Source: a virus
Lineage: Duplodnaviria > Caudoviricetes
Strand: one strand, 5' to 3'
Length of the DNA: 60,346 nt
IMG/VR virus record: IMGVR_UViG_3300032218_000496
Location: 1-60,346 of that record
Shown here: positions 18,781-29,900 of the stretch, one piece after another
How positions within the stretch are numbered: the first letter of the stretch is position 1
How the letters are laid out: each line of letters begins with the position of its first letter
Made by a program: the position numbers and the translations under genes
The notes under the pieces: generated by a model
What the model was told of the DNA's origin: nothing
Seen by the model: the letters and a program-made list of their open reading frames with translations, nothing else
Database searches by the model: none

Positions 18781-21381
18781 ATGGGAAAAGCTTGGGACGC
18801 AGTATCGGACTTTGTATCTCCAGTAACGGACGTATTTAATGACGTTGTTATTCAACCAATATCGGACGTATTTGCTGGAGCGGATGATCTTGTTTTTCAA
18901 CCTGTTACATCGCCTATAAGTCAAGCTACTTCAGCGTTAGATGACGCTATTATCCAACCAATAACCGAACCTATAAGTGATATAGGTGTTGCAATTGATG
19001 ACTCGGTTAATGAAATAATCCCCGGTGGATGGGGTACTTTAGCTCAAATAGCAGCAGCTATTGCAACATCTGGGTCTAGTTTAGCCGTTCAAGCAGCTGC
19101 TGCAGCTGCCGCAGGAGCAGGATCTGACTTTGCAAAAAACAAAGACCTTAAAAGTGCTGTACAAAAAGGCGCTATATCAGGTGCAACAAGGTATGGTTTA
19201 GGAACATTGGGTGAGATGATGGGCCCAACCGACGTTCTTTCCGCCGACGATGCCTATATGGGTCAGGCAATGAATAACTTAAGTAGTACAGCGGCAGCGG
19301 TACCGGAAGGTGCAGTAACATCAATTGTTCCAGAAGCAACAGTACAAAGTGCTTCATATGGTGCTGGTCAAGTTCCATTTGATACAGACGTTCCTGTTTA
19401 TTACAACGGGTATGTACCAATGACACCTGAGCAAGTAGCCGCCGATAATCCTAGTTTATATCCTGAAGTACAAATAAACGCCACCAACGCCGCTAACGCC
19501 GCTAAAGTAATACCAGAGGCAGCAGATCCAATGGGCGATTTAATTAAACAACAGCAATTAAATCAATCAATGAACTCGTTCAATGAACTCCCTGATATTA
19601 ACGGGGTTCCGCAAAGAGATATGTCGCAGTTGGCTGATAGAACAGGTTGGCAACCTAAAGATTATGCAGCTCCATACAGTATGGAAAAAGCTGCGCAAAT
19701 ACCGGGTGCGGCGTATGATATGGCTAAAGAGTATATTTCTTCCATGTCATACCCACAACTAGCAATGAGTGCAGCTGGGCTATATGGGCTTTCTAATTTA
19801 GCTGGTGGTAAAGATAAAAAACAAACTCAAGCCCAAGCCCAAGCAGAAGCCGACGCTGCTAAAAAAGCCTATACTTATGGTACGGCAGGGGATCCGTCAT
19901 CTAATTACTTGTTAAGAAATAGAGTAAACGCTGGCAATGTTTATAGTAATGCAACTGGATATCGCCCATTAACTAGATATGCGGATGGAGGAGAAGTGCA
20001 AAGTTTTGGTATAGGTGGAAAAATATCTGATGCGTTTACTCGTGTAGCGCAACCTTTTGAAAAAGCTGTAATACGCCCTATAGGTGAAGCAGCTCCGTTC
20101 CTAAAAGATTTAGCTCCATACGCTGGTATGGCGGCAGGGGCTATGATGGGCAATCCAGCTATGGCAGCAGGAATTGGTGGTATTGCATCTGGCTTTGGTA
20201 AGCCAGGTGGGTTTGACATGAAGCGTGCTTTGATGGGGGGTATTGCTGCTTACGGTATGTCCAATCTTGCTGGAGGTTTAGAAGCGGCAGGGCAAGCACC
20301 ATTAACAGATTCTCCGGCAGTGCCTTTTGAATCTTATCCAGATCCGCAAAATCAAGCTGGAGGATTTTATGGTCCTTCTGGGCAGACAAATCAATTGCCC
20401 ACAGCAAACCCAACTTTTAGAGATACAGATGCAATGCAGCGTGGTGTAGGTAACTTACTACAAAATAGTAACACCCCTGCTTATAAAGATGCTATGGGCG
20501 CATTAACAAGCAAAGTTGGTATATATAATACCGGCGTGCCTTTGGTTATGGGTGCAACAGGTATGATGGGCGTAGATGAGTCTAATGCGTTAAAAGCAGA
20601 AAGTGACAAAGCTTTTGCCGCTGGGCAAGCCGACACAGATAAATTTAGTGCAAGAGTTGCTGCTGGTAAAAAACGTGCACAACAAGCAGTAAATGAAAAT
20701 CCTTATAGATTTGCTGAAGGTGGGGTAATAAACCCGCCTGATGATCAAACAAAAATGATGAGTGCCTCACCAATGCAGGCACAGGCTATGGCTCAACAAC
20801 AAGCTGCGCCACTCCAAGGACTAGCTGAAAACCAAATGATGCAGTCTGCCGGATTAGGTGGAAATGCATTAACCAATGCGGCGTCAGGTAATGGGGTTAG
20901 CGGCCTTTTTAGTCAGTTAACTTCAAGCCAATCCAACAATGACACGCAGTATAATACACAAGCGGGTACTCCACAATCTGTTGTTTTGCCTTCCTATGGT
21001 GGTAGTGGAAGTTCTAATAATGTTGGAGGAAGTGGAAGTGGCGGCGGTGCAGCTCCTGGTTCTGGCGGGGCCTTCCCATTACAAGGGCAATATGGTATTG
21101 TAAAGATGGCCGCTGGTGGTATGACCCCTCCTAGATTTTTATCAGGTGGTGGTGATGGCATGTCAGATTCAATCCGTGCCAATATAGAAGGAACACAAGA
21201 AGCAAGATTAGCTGACGGAGAGTTTGTAATACCAGCAGATGTTGTATCTCATTTAGGTAATGGGTCATCAAAGGCGGGAGCAAAACAACTTTACGCTATG
21301 ATGGACCGAGTTCGTAAAGCAAGAACGGGGAACCCCGAGCAAGGGCGTGAAATTAAACCAGCTAAATTCATGCCCGTATAA
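18781..21381 (+). CDS. internal virion/ejection protein
   Basis: Ala/Gly/Gln/Met-rich with hydrophobic GxxxG stretches; C-terminal GDGMSDSI..LADGEFVIPADVV domain. Confidence 0.65.
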   Translation: MGKAWDAVSDFVSPVTDVFNDVVIQPISDVFAGADDLVFQPVTSPISQATSALDDAIIQPITEPISDIGVAIDDSVNEIIPGGWGTLAQIAAAIATSGSSLAVQAAAAAAAGAGSDFAKNKDLKSAVQKGAISGATRYGLGTLGEMMGPTDVLSADDAYMGQAMNNLSSTAAAVPEGAVTSIVPEATVQSASYGAGQVPFDTDVPVYYNGYVPMTPEQVAADNPSLYPEVQINATNAANAAKVIPEAADPMGDLIKQQQLNQSMNSFNELPDINGVPQRDMSQLADRTGWQPKDYAAPYSMEKAAQIPGAAYDMAKEYISSMSYPQLAMSAAGLYGLSNLAGGKDKKQTQAQAQAEADAAKKAYTYGTAGDPSSNYLLRNRVNAGNVYSNATGYRPLTRYADGGEVQSFGIGGKISDAFTRVAQPFEKAVIRPIGEAAPFLKDLAPYAGMAAGAMMGNPAMAAGIGGIASGFGKPGGFDMKRALMGGIAAYGMSNLAGGLEAAGQAPLTDSPAVPFESYPDPQNQAGGFYGPSGQTNQLPTANPTFRDTDAMQRGVGNLLQNSNTPAYKDAMGALTSKVGIYNTGVPLVMGATGMMGVDESNALKAESDKAFAAGQADTDKFSARVAAGKKRAQQAVNENPYRFAEGGVINPPDDQTKMMSASPMQAQAMAQQQAAPLQGLAENQMMQSAGLGGNALTNAASGNGVSGLFSQLTSSQSNNDTQYNTQAGTPQSVVLPSYGGSGSSNNVGGSGSGGGAAPGSGGAFPLQGQYGIVKMAAGGMTPPRFLSGGGDGMSDSIRANIEGTQEARLADGEFVIPADVVSHLGNGSSKAGAKQLYAMMDRVRKARTGNPEQGREIKPAKFMPV

Positions 21382-21391
21382 AGGATAAATC

Positions 21392-22663
21392 ATGGCAAAT
21401 ACTACCGTAACATCCGGACAACAAACGATACCAGAGGTATTAGAACCATACTTTACTGGAACTGGTACTACTGGAACAGGGCTACTACCACAAGCGCAAG
21501 CAACTTTTGGAAGAGATTATGCAACCGCCTACGGTGATGCGTTATCTCAAGCTGGGTTAGAAGGTGCTGGCAGAATAGCTGGTTTGTCATCTAATGAGGT
21601 AGCAGCTGGGCAGCAATTAACAAATCTTGGGCAGCCTACTCAGTTTGGTCAAGGTCAAGAAGCCTACGGACAAGGTTTGGGCTCACTTGGGCAAGCTCAA
21701 GGAATGTATCAAAATGGTCCAAATGTAAGCGCACCTAATTTAAATCAGTATCAAATGGCTGGCCCACAAAATGTTTCTGCGCAAGGTTTACAGACATATC
21801 AAATGGCTGGGCCTCAAGACTATACTGGGCAAAATGTAACTCAGTATATGTCTCCGTACCAGCAAAACGTTGTTGATGTACAAAAAGCTGAAGCTATGCG
21901 AGATGCCCAAAAGCAATTGATGGGCGCTAATTTAGGATCTGCTCGTCAAGGCACTTATGGTGGGGCTAGAAATGCTTTAATGCAATCTGAGGCGCAACGT
22001 AACTTACAGACTCAGATGGGTAACATCCAGGCTACCGGTTCACAAAATGCGTTTCAAAATGCGCAGCAGCAGTTTAATACGCAGAACCAAGCACAACAAG
22101 CTGCTAATGCTAGAAATTTAGAAGCTCAATTAGGCGTTCAACAATTAGGCTCTCAACAAAATATGCAAGGACAGCTTGCTAATCAAGCTGCCCAACAAGC
22201 AACAAATCAGGCTAATTTACAAGCTCAGTTAGGAATTCAACAGCTCGGCGCTGGCCAGTCTCTAGAAGCGCAACGTGCTAACCAAGCAGCACAACTACAA
22301 AGGGCAGCTGGTCTAGGACAATTAGGACAAACATATGGTGCGTTAGGTCAAGGTTTAGGACAGCAAGGTGCACTGCAACAACAAGCCGACATTGCAAGAT
22401 CAGCAGCTTTGGGTGCTTATGGTGGAACAGAACGTCAAGTTGCACAGCAACAATTAGATGCACAGTATCAAGACCAGATGCGAGCACTAGGGTTTGGAGA
22501 ACAACAGTTAGGCAATATGTCTAATATCTTGCGTGGAGTTCCGCTTGGCGATGCGTTTGGTACACAAACAACTACAGCAACCCCACCAAGTTTTGCAAGT
22601 CAACTAGCTGGTATTGGACTTGGCGGTTTATCTTTGGCAAACATGATAGGTAAAACATCGTGA
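21392..22663 (+). CDS. Gln-rich DNA ejection/pilot protein
   Basis: Q/A/G-rich helical protein; YGGAR motif; hydrophobic C-terminus. Confidence 0.65.
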   Translation: MANTTVTSGQQTIPEVLEPYFTGTGTTGTGLLPQAQATFGRDYATAYGDALSQAGLEGAGRIAGLSSNEVAAGQQLTNLGQPTQFGQGQEAYGQGLGSLGQAQGMYQNGPNVSAPNLNQYQMAGPQNVSAQGLQTYQMAGPQDYTGQNVTQYMSPYQQNVVDVQKAEAMRDAQKQLMGANLGSARQGTYGGARNALMQSEAQRNLQTQMGNIQATGSQNAFQNAQQQFNTQNQAQQAANARNLEAQLGVQQLGSQQNMQGQLANQAAQQATNQANLQAQLGIQQLGAGQSLEAQRANQAAQLQRAAGLGQLGQTYGALGQGLGQQGALQQQADIARSAALGAYGGTERQVAQQQLDAQYQDQMRALGFGEQQLGNMSNILRGVPLGDAFGTQTTTATPPSFASQLAGIGLGGLSLANMIGKTS

Positions 22664-23931
22664 GTATATTAAGCGCAATTAAACAACAAAGCAGTTCTAT
22701 TGAGGACTTGGCTAAACTACCTCAGACTATGATTATGCAGATGGCACAAAGGAAAGAAATTGTTCCTGAGATGGTGCCAGCTATTCTCTCTAAAAAAGCT
22801 GAGATGATTGATCGTGCTGCAAAAGCAAAAGCAGCCCAAGGCGGGATACCACAACAGTCCATAATGGACCAAGTAATGGCACAAAACGCCCAAGCGGAAA
22901 ACCCACAAGCTATGGGGCAGATGCCTTCCCCTATGCCGCAACAGAATCAAATGGCGCAGCAACCACAAGGCCCTGCCGATGTAGGTATAGCTTCAAACCC
23001 AATACCGCCTATGCAGATGGCTGGCGGTGGAATTATTGCATTTGCTGCTGGGGACCAAGTTAAAGCGTCGAAACTACCTTCAACGCCAGTAAACACTGAA
23101 AAAGACGAGTTTAAGAGGTTTTTACAAGATCAGTTTAAAAGTAACATAACCGACACAACAGATCCGTTTGCGGAGTCTAAAGCTATATCGCAACAATATG
23201 CCGACGAGCTAAAATCTAAGCCAGAGCAAGATATGAATATGGCGTTGTTAAATACAGCGGCTGGGATGATGGCAGGGGATTCTCCTTATTTCTTTAGTAA
23301 TGTTGGGCGAGGTGCACAAGAAGGGGTTAAATCACTTGCGGCTTCTAATCAACAAAGACAGGCAGATAAGCGGTTGTTGCTCCAACAAAAAGTTGAAGCT
23401 GAGAAAGCGGCTGATGCAAGAAAAGCGCAAAGGTCTTTGGGCGTAGAAAGAAACCTCACCGATCTATACAACAGGGAACAGCAATCCGAAACAGCAAAAC
23501 TAGGATACGAGGCACAGATTTTAGCCGCACAAATAGGGCGCACACCTACTCCGTCTGAGTTTGACAAATACTTTACTACAGTACAAAAACTTGATGCAGA
23601 AGATCCTTCAGGTAAAAAATCTGCTGCATTTAAATCTGAAGTAAAAGATTTCTACGCAAACAGAACTGTTTCGGATGAAAACACAAACACAAAAACATAT
23701 ACTGCTATTAGTAAAGACGTAAGAGAAACTTTAGCTATGGACCCTAAATGGCAAAAAATAAATAGAGATGATCCTGTTGCGGCTGAACGAATTGCACGTC
23801 AAAAAATTGCCGAACAAACACAGCAAGCGCTAGATTTTGGTAAAAACAAAGGGGCCTCAAGCGGTGGTAGTACTAGCGGTAAATACACAAATATGTCTAA
23901 TGATGAATTACTGAACTTACTAAAAAAATAA
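22660..23931 (+). CDS. internal virion/ejection protein
   Basis: GTGA overlap; helical; MAGGGIIAF motif. Confidence 0.6.
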   Translation: MSILSAIKQQSSSIEDLAKLPQTMIMQMAQRKEIVPEMVPAILSKKAEMIDRAAKAKAAQGGIPQQSIMDQVMAQNAQAENPQAMGQMPSPMPQQNQMAQQPQGPADVGIASNPIPPMQMAGGGIIAFAAGDQVKASKLPSTPVNTEKDEFKRFLQDQFKSNITDTTDPFAESKAISQQYADELKSKPEQDMNMALLNTAAGMMAGDSPYFFSNVGRGAQEGVKSLAASNQQRQADKRLLLQQKVEAEKAADARKAQRSLGVERNLTDLYNREQQSETAKLGYEAQILAAQIGRTPTPSEFDKYFTTVQKLDAEDPSGKKSAAFKSEVKDFYANRTVSDENTNTKTYTAISKDVRETLAMDPKWQKINRDDPVAAERIARQKIAEQTQQALDFGKNKGASSGGSTSGKYTNMSNDELLNLLKK

Positions 23932-23932
23932 T

Positions 23933-26900
23933 ATGGCCGATCTTGAACTGTTGCTTGAAGCAGAAAGACGGGGGATATTACCTCCTGACAAGCTAGAACT
24001 TCTGACTGAAGCAAAAGCAAGGGGCTTAGTTGGTGGCCCTCCAGCGCCACAAGTAGTCCAAAAAAAGCCTGAAGATGTTGGTTATTTTGAAAGTGCTGGA
24101 GAGTCATTAAAGCGTGGTGCTAAAGGATATAGTACATCCGCTTCGGGTACAAGTTTAGCTGTATCATCTTTATTAGGTAATGAAGAAGCTGCCCGTAAAA
24201 AGATGGCAGATATTAAAGCCGAACAGAAAAAAGTTGAAGAAAAGCCAGGTCTTACCGTTGAAGATTTAGAGCGTATCTATGCCGAAAAAGGTTTAGGAGC
24301 TGCGGCTGGACAGGTTCCAAAATATATAACCCAACAATTCTTGCAGTCTGCCCCCGAAATGGCTGGGCCTCTAGCTGTTGGTGCTGGTGCAGCGGCGTTA
24401 TCTGGCCCTTTTGCCCCAGTAGTAGGCCCATTAGCCGGTATTGGAGCTTATGGTCTTCAACAATTTGGTCACTTTTTAGTACGTCAAGCTGAAGAAAAGA
24501 ATGACCCCAAAGAATTAGAAGTAGCTAAAGCCGCATTAGGCGCTGCTGCTACAGCACCAGCTGGGTATTTTATTGATAAGTGGACTGCCGGAATTGGTAG
24601 TATGGGGCAGAAAAAAGCTGGAGAACAATTACTAAAAGAATTAACCGCTAGACAGATTGCACTTAAAACTGGAAAACGTGTTGCGGGAGGTGCTACAGTA
24701 GGTATTATTGCTGAAGCTCCATTAGAGGTAATTGAGCAGGGAGTTGAGCGTTGGCAGGCGGGCTTACCACTTACAGGCGACGACGCTTATAAAGAATATA
24801 AAGAAGCATTTTTTGGAGCCGCCGCAGTTGGTGGAACTTTAGGTGGTGCTTCCCGTGGAATAAAAGGATATAGAGAAGTTAAGTTAGAAAACGCTGCTTT
24901 TAGAACAGAACAGCAAGCACCGGGTAAAAATGTATTTACCGAGGGGGATGAATATGAGGATACTGGAGTTGACACCGGAGTTAGTAAGCAGAGCGTTTCA
25001 GCATCTGGTGAGCCGAAAGTCGGAACAGGGACAGCTGCCGAAGGAGCTGGAGGAACTGACACAAGCGGAGTGGGTGCAGCTAATAGAGCTACTGAGACAT
25101 CTGCAACTGGAGAAAGCACAGAGCAGCCTGCACTGACTGAGAAACAACAATTTTTATCGTGGCTACAGCAAAATAATATCGTTCCAACATCTGAGAGAGA
25201 TATACAGATGTACGAGGACATGTGGCGCAAAAGTACTGCATCAACTGAAGCTACACCCCCATTAGATGAAACGCCTCCATTAGACGAAACACCGCCAAAT
25301 CAACCACCACCTGCGGCAAAAAAAGTAGGGCTTACGCCTGAAGAGTGGAAGATTAAAAAGAAAATTTATGAAACTGAAAAATGGATTAGAGACAATAAAG
25401 ATACTCAGACCGAAGAAAACCTCAATTTAGTTTATGATTATTTAACTACAAAAAGAGCCGAGTTAGCAGCATTATCTGCATCGTTAAAACCAGCCGCTCA
25501 AGGGCAGGTTGAACCAACAGTTCGTAATACTAAGCAATCAGGATTTGACTTTAACGCACCGGAAGATCCTAATAAAACTCCTCCTGTACAAACTGTTGAA
25601 GCCTCAACAGCTCCAGCAAAAGTTGAGCCCAAACAAGAAGGGTTTGATTTTGTTGAGCCTGATATAAATACTCAAAGAGATATAGTTGCAAATGAGCCGT
25701 CTAAAGGGTTTGAGTTATCTGCGCCATCAGGTCAAGTGCTTAAAGGTGAAGGCATTGAAATTATAGAAGGCCCTCCTCTTGCTAAGTTAGATTTAGCTAC
25801 CGAAGATATTACCCCAGTAGAAAATTTAATAAAGTCTATCAAACCGAATACCGAAACTCCTAGGCAGCTTGAAGACTTTAATGGCCAGACTAGGACAATA
25901 CTAGATACTATTAAAGAATTTCTTGGATTACCCCTTACTTATAAGCCAAAACCTACTAAAGAAGAAATAGCGCAGGGTATTACTGAAAAACCAGCAGCCG
26001 TTGACAAAGGTGTAGAGCTTGACGACACTACACTTAGACGTAGGCTAGGTGTTATTAACACATTCTTTAACACATTAAGTTTAGCCCCACAAGAACGCCA
26101 ACAGAAATTACAGGAATTGCGCACTGCCTTGCCGGGCCTAACAGCAGAGCAACAAGGACAAGCGTTTAACGAATTTCTTAACATTAAAAACTTAAATACT
26201 GTTCGGGGTATTACCGAATTAAGAGCTAAGTTAGAAGAATGGTTAGATAGTTATGAAGGTGCTTTGCTGGGAGAAGGCAAGTCTAATGCTGTTTTAGGTA
26301 AAGGCAGATTTGGTATTAGTTGGAGAAAAGGACAATACGTAATTAGACAAGGGGATACGATTGCTCTTGGTCCTGTAATGAAAGCTGCTCTATCTAGATT
26401 AAAAGGCATCCATCCAGATGATCGCACTCCAGAAGAAAATGCTGCGGCTGTATTTTTTAGCCGAAAGTCTCCGTATGAACAACCATTTGTTTTTGCATTA
26501 AGAAATGCTGCTTATGCGTTAAGCACTAAAAATCAAACTAAGGATCCTGTATACAAAGGAGAATCGGCAAAAAATGCAGCGCTATTCCAAAAATGGTTAT
26601 CGGAAAATGCGCCTGATAAGATAGTTGAATACTTTAATGCAACAGCTGAGGATTACAGAAAGCAGTTCGCAAAGGCAGAAAAAATGTCTGAGGAAATGCG
26701 AAAAGTTAGAGCTGCCACTAAAAAAGATATAGCGGGTAGGTTTATGCCTTGGCTATACAGAGAGCCGTCTGGCAAACCTGAACGTTTAAAAGCTGAAGCT
26801 GGGTTAGGAAAATTTAAAAAAACTAGTAAGCCTAAAATAACCACATTAGCAGATTTTCTAAGTGAGTACGGCGAGCTTGGGGCTACCGAAGAAGACTTTG

Positions 26901-29900
26901 GTCGGTACGGTGCGATTACAGCTCAACCAGATAATCCTAATCTATATAAAGCAGATGCGTACTATCCAATGCATCCAGTCTTAGAATCAGCAATTAAAAA
27001 TAATGATTTAAAAGGTGGCTTAGAATTAATGGCCACAAGTAAAGACAGATACACTGCCGGTGTAGCAAAACGATTTTTAGAATTGAATCTAGCTACTGAT
27101 GTAACAATGGACAAGCAGGACGAAATAACTTTAAATTATTTATCTTGGGCTTATGACCGACCCGATTCATCTCGTGATAAGCTTTTTACCTATATAAAAG
27201 ATATTGTCCCTGAAGTTGATACAAACCTTATTAAAAGCCCCGTAACTATTCCAGACTTAAGGGCGCAGTTAGAAATGCTAGATAAACTTTCTAACTACGA
27301 TATTATGACCCCAATAAAAATTGAGCTTGATAGAGTAAGGACAGGCTATAGGGATCTTCTAGATACTATAGATAACAGTAAAGCTGCGTTTTACTATCAT
27401 TTAAATACAATTAATTTTAACTCTAAAACTACGCTTACTAATAATGACTTCATACATGAAGTAGCGCACGCTGCTACAAACTATGCTTTAAAAGAAACTA
27501 ATTTTGACAAGCTAACTCCTAAGCAACAAAAAGCTGTTGGGGAACTAAAAAAATTATTTGAGATAGCTAAAAATAACATTGCAAGTCAAAACTTATTAGA
27601 CGTCTACGGTATAACCGATATAGACGAGTTTGTTGCTGAAGCGTTTGCAAACCCTGAGTTCCAAGCGTTGCTAAAAAAGATACCGTATAAGCGGTACTAT
27701 GATCCAACTAAGATGAACGTTAAAAACGCTTCTTTGTTCAATGGCACCGAAAACAGGGATATAGTTATTAGCCAGCAAAAAATGAAGCAAACCCAAAAAG
27801 ATTTATTTGATGCTGGGTTTGATGTAACTGTAGAAAAAGACGACAGGACTGACGAAGAAAAAGCAATTGATTTAGCCCGTGCAGCAAAAAGACTTGCCGC
27901 AAAACGTAAAAAAGCTGGTGTTCAAGAGTACGATGCAGACACAAGCGCTTTTAATGAATTTGTATATGCTAATGATGCATTTAATGTAGATAACTATCTT
28001 GATCTTTTTTACAATGAAGTAATTCCTCGTGAAGGAGCTCCGGGGTTTTACGACAAGAAAAACTTCCCCGACGATTTAAAACAAAATTTTGAGTTTGCTT
28101 ATCAGCAAGCGGCTAGTAGAGGCGACGCTTCGTTTAAATTCCCTATAAATAAAAAAACTTTTATTACGTTCCCTGTTTTGCAAAAACCTGTAGGGCCTGC
28201 ACCGCAAAGTCTTTGGGGTAAGTTTACTAGGTTAATAGCGGAGTTACTAGGCATGGACAATGTGCTTGGGCACACTCTTGCTAATGCAAACCTTATTTTG
28301 CAGCCAACCCCTACATCTCAATACGATTCTAATATAATTAAAGTTTACTCAACCAAGGGTAAAGCCAATGTTATGGCAGTGACGGGCACTAGACAGACAC
28401 GCCCAGAATCTTCTGGTTACTTAGATCGTATATTCGGTGAAAGACCTTCATGGGAAGCTATGAAAATTTCTATGCCGTTTTGGTTAGAAAGTTTAAAAGA
28501 TGCTACTCGTAAATATTATTTAGGTGCGTTTACTTTACGTCAACTAGAAGATATGGTCGGCTCAAAGCTAAAACCAATGAAAGAGTTTATTCAGAACGTA
28601 GAAAGCATGCTAGATGCTAGAAATGCAATACTGGCTGAAACTAAAGACGTTGTAACTGGATGGCAAAAATTTCAAAGCGACCATCCTGGTCTAGCAAAAG
28701 TTCTTAATAAGTTAATGATTGATGCTACTGTTGAAACTATAGATCCTAGCAAATTTACTGCTACTAATTACTATGGTACAGGAAGCCCCGAAGCATACGA
28801 TAAATTAAGTAAAGCCGACAAAGAAAAACGCAAAGCGTTAGACGCCGCTTATAAACAAATAGGTCCAGCTGGGCAGAAAGTATATGCAGATGTTAAAAAG
28901 TTCTATGCTGATAGATTAGCTGCGTATAAGGCTGCGCTTTTATATCGTATAAAACAAACGCTAATCGCAGATGGTATTGCAGAAGCAGATGTTTTAAACC
29001 AACCAAGCTATAAAAAAGTAGAAGAATACTTTAAAAAGCATACCTTAGAACCTTACTTTCCACTAAAACGCTTTGGCAATTACTGGCTTGTAATAAATAA
29101 AGGCCCTAACCAAACAAAAGAATACTATCAGTTTGAGTCTGCTCTTGAGCGTAATATGTTTGCCGGTAAACGGTCTACAGAAATTAAAACCAAAACAGGG
29201 AAGAGCCCGTCTATAGACATGGGTAATAGCTTGCGTGACAGTAAATGGAAAGGCAACCTACAAGAATTAGAGTTCTTAAAAGACTTAAAAGAACTGGTTC
29301 GAACAGGTGAGGGTGGGGATGTTAAGACACTAAAAGGTAACTTAGAAGAAAGCCTTGAGCAGTTGTATCTGTTGCAGTTACCAGACCAAAATGTACGCAA
29401 AATGTTTTTACCTCGTAAAGGCACACAAGGTATGGATCAAGATATGCTGCGTGCGTTTACTTCTTCAGCGTTTCACATGGCCTATCAACACTCACGGTTT
29501 GCATTTGGGCCTAAATTATTTGGTTCAGTTAGAGCCTCTGAGCAGTATATATCAGACATGCAAGACCCAAAAGAAGAGAAAAGGTTGCGAGACTATACAG
29601 GAGAATTAACTAAACGGGTAGACTATATTATGAACCCGCCAGACACAGGGACATTACCTTCGTTCCTTTCTAACATGTCTTTTATTTGGTACATGACTGC
29701 ACCGGCTTCGGCACTCGTTAATATGCTTGGCGTTGTAGCTGTTGGACAGCCAGTATTAGGTGCTAGGTTTGGGCAAGCCGAGACAGCAAAAACAATGATG
29801 GCTTATGCTAAGCGGGTTGGAGCTACTGGGTTTAAGGATGACAATGAGAACTGGGCTTTCCCCTCTATAACTAGGGATGCTAAATTAACAAAAGTACAAC

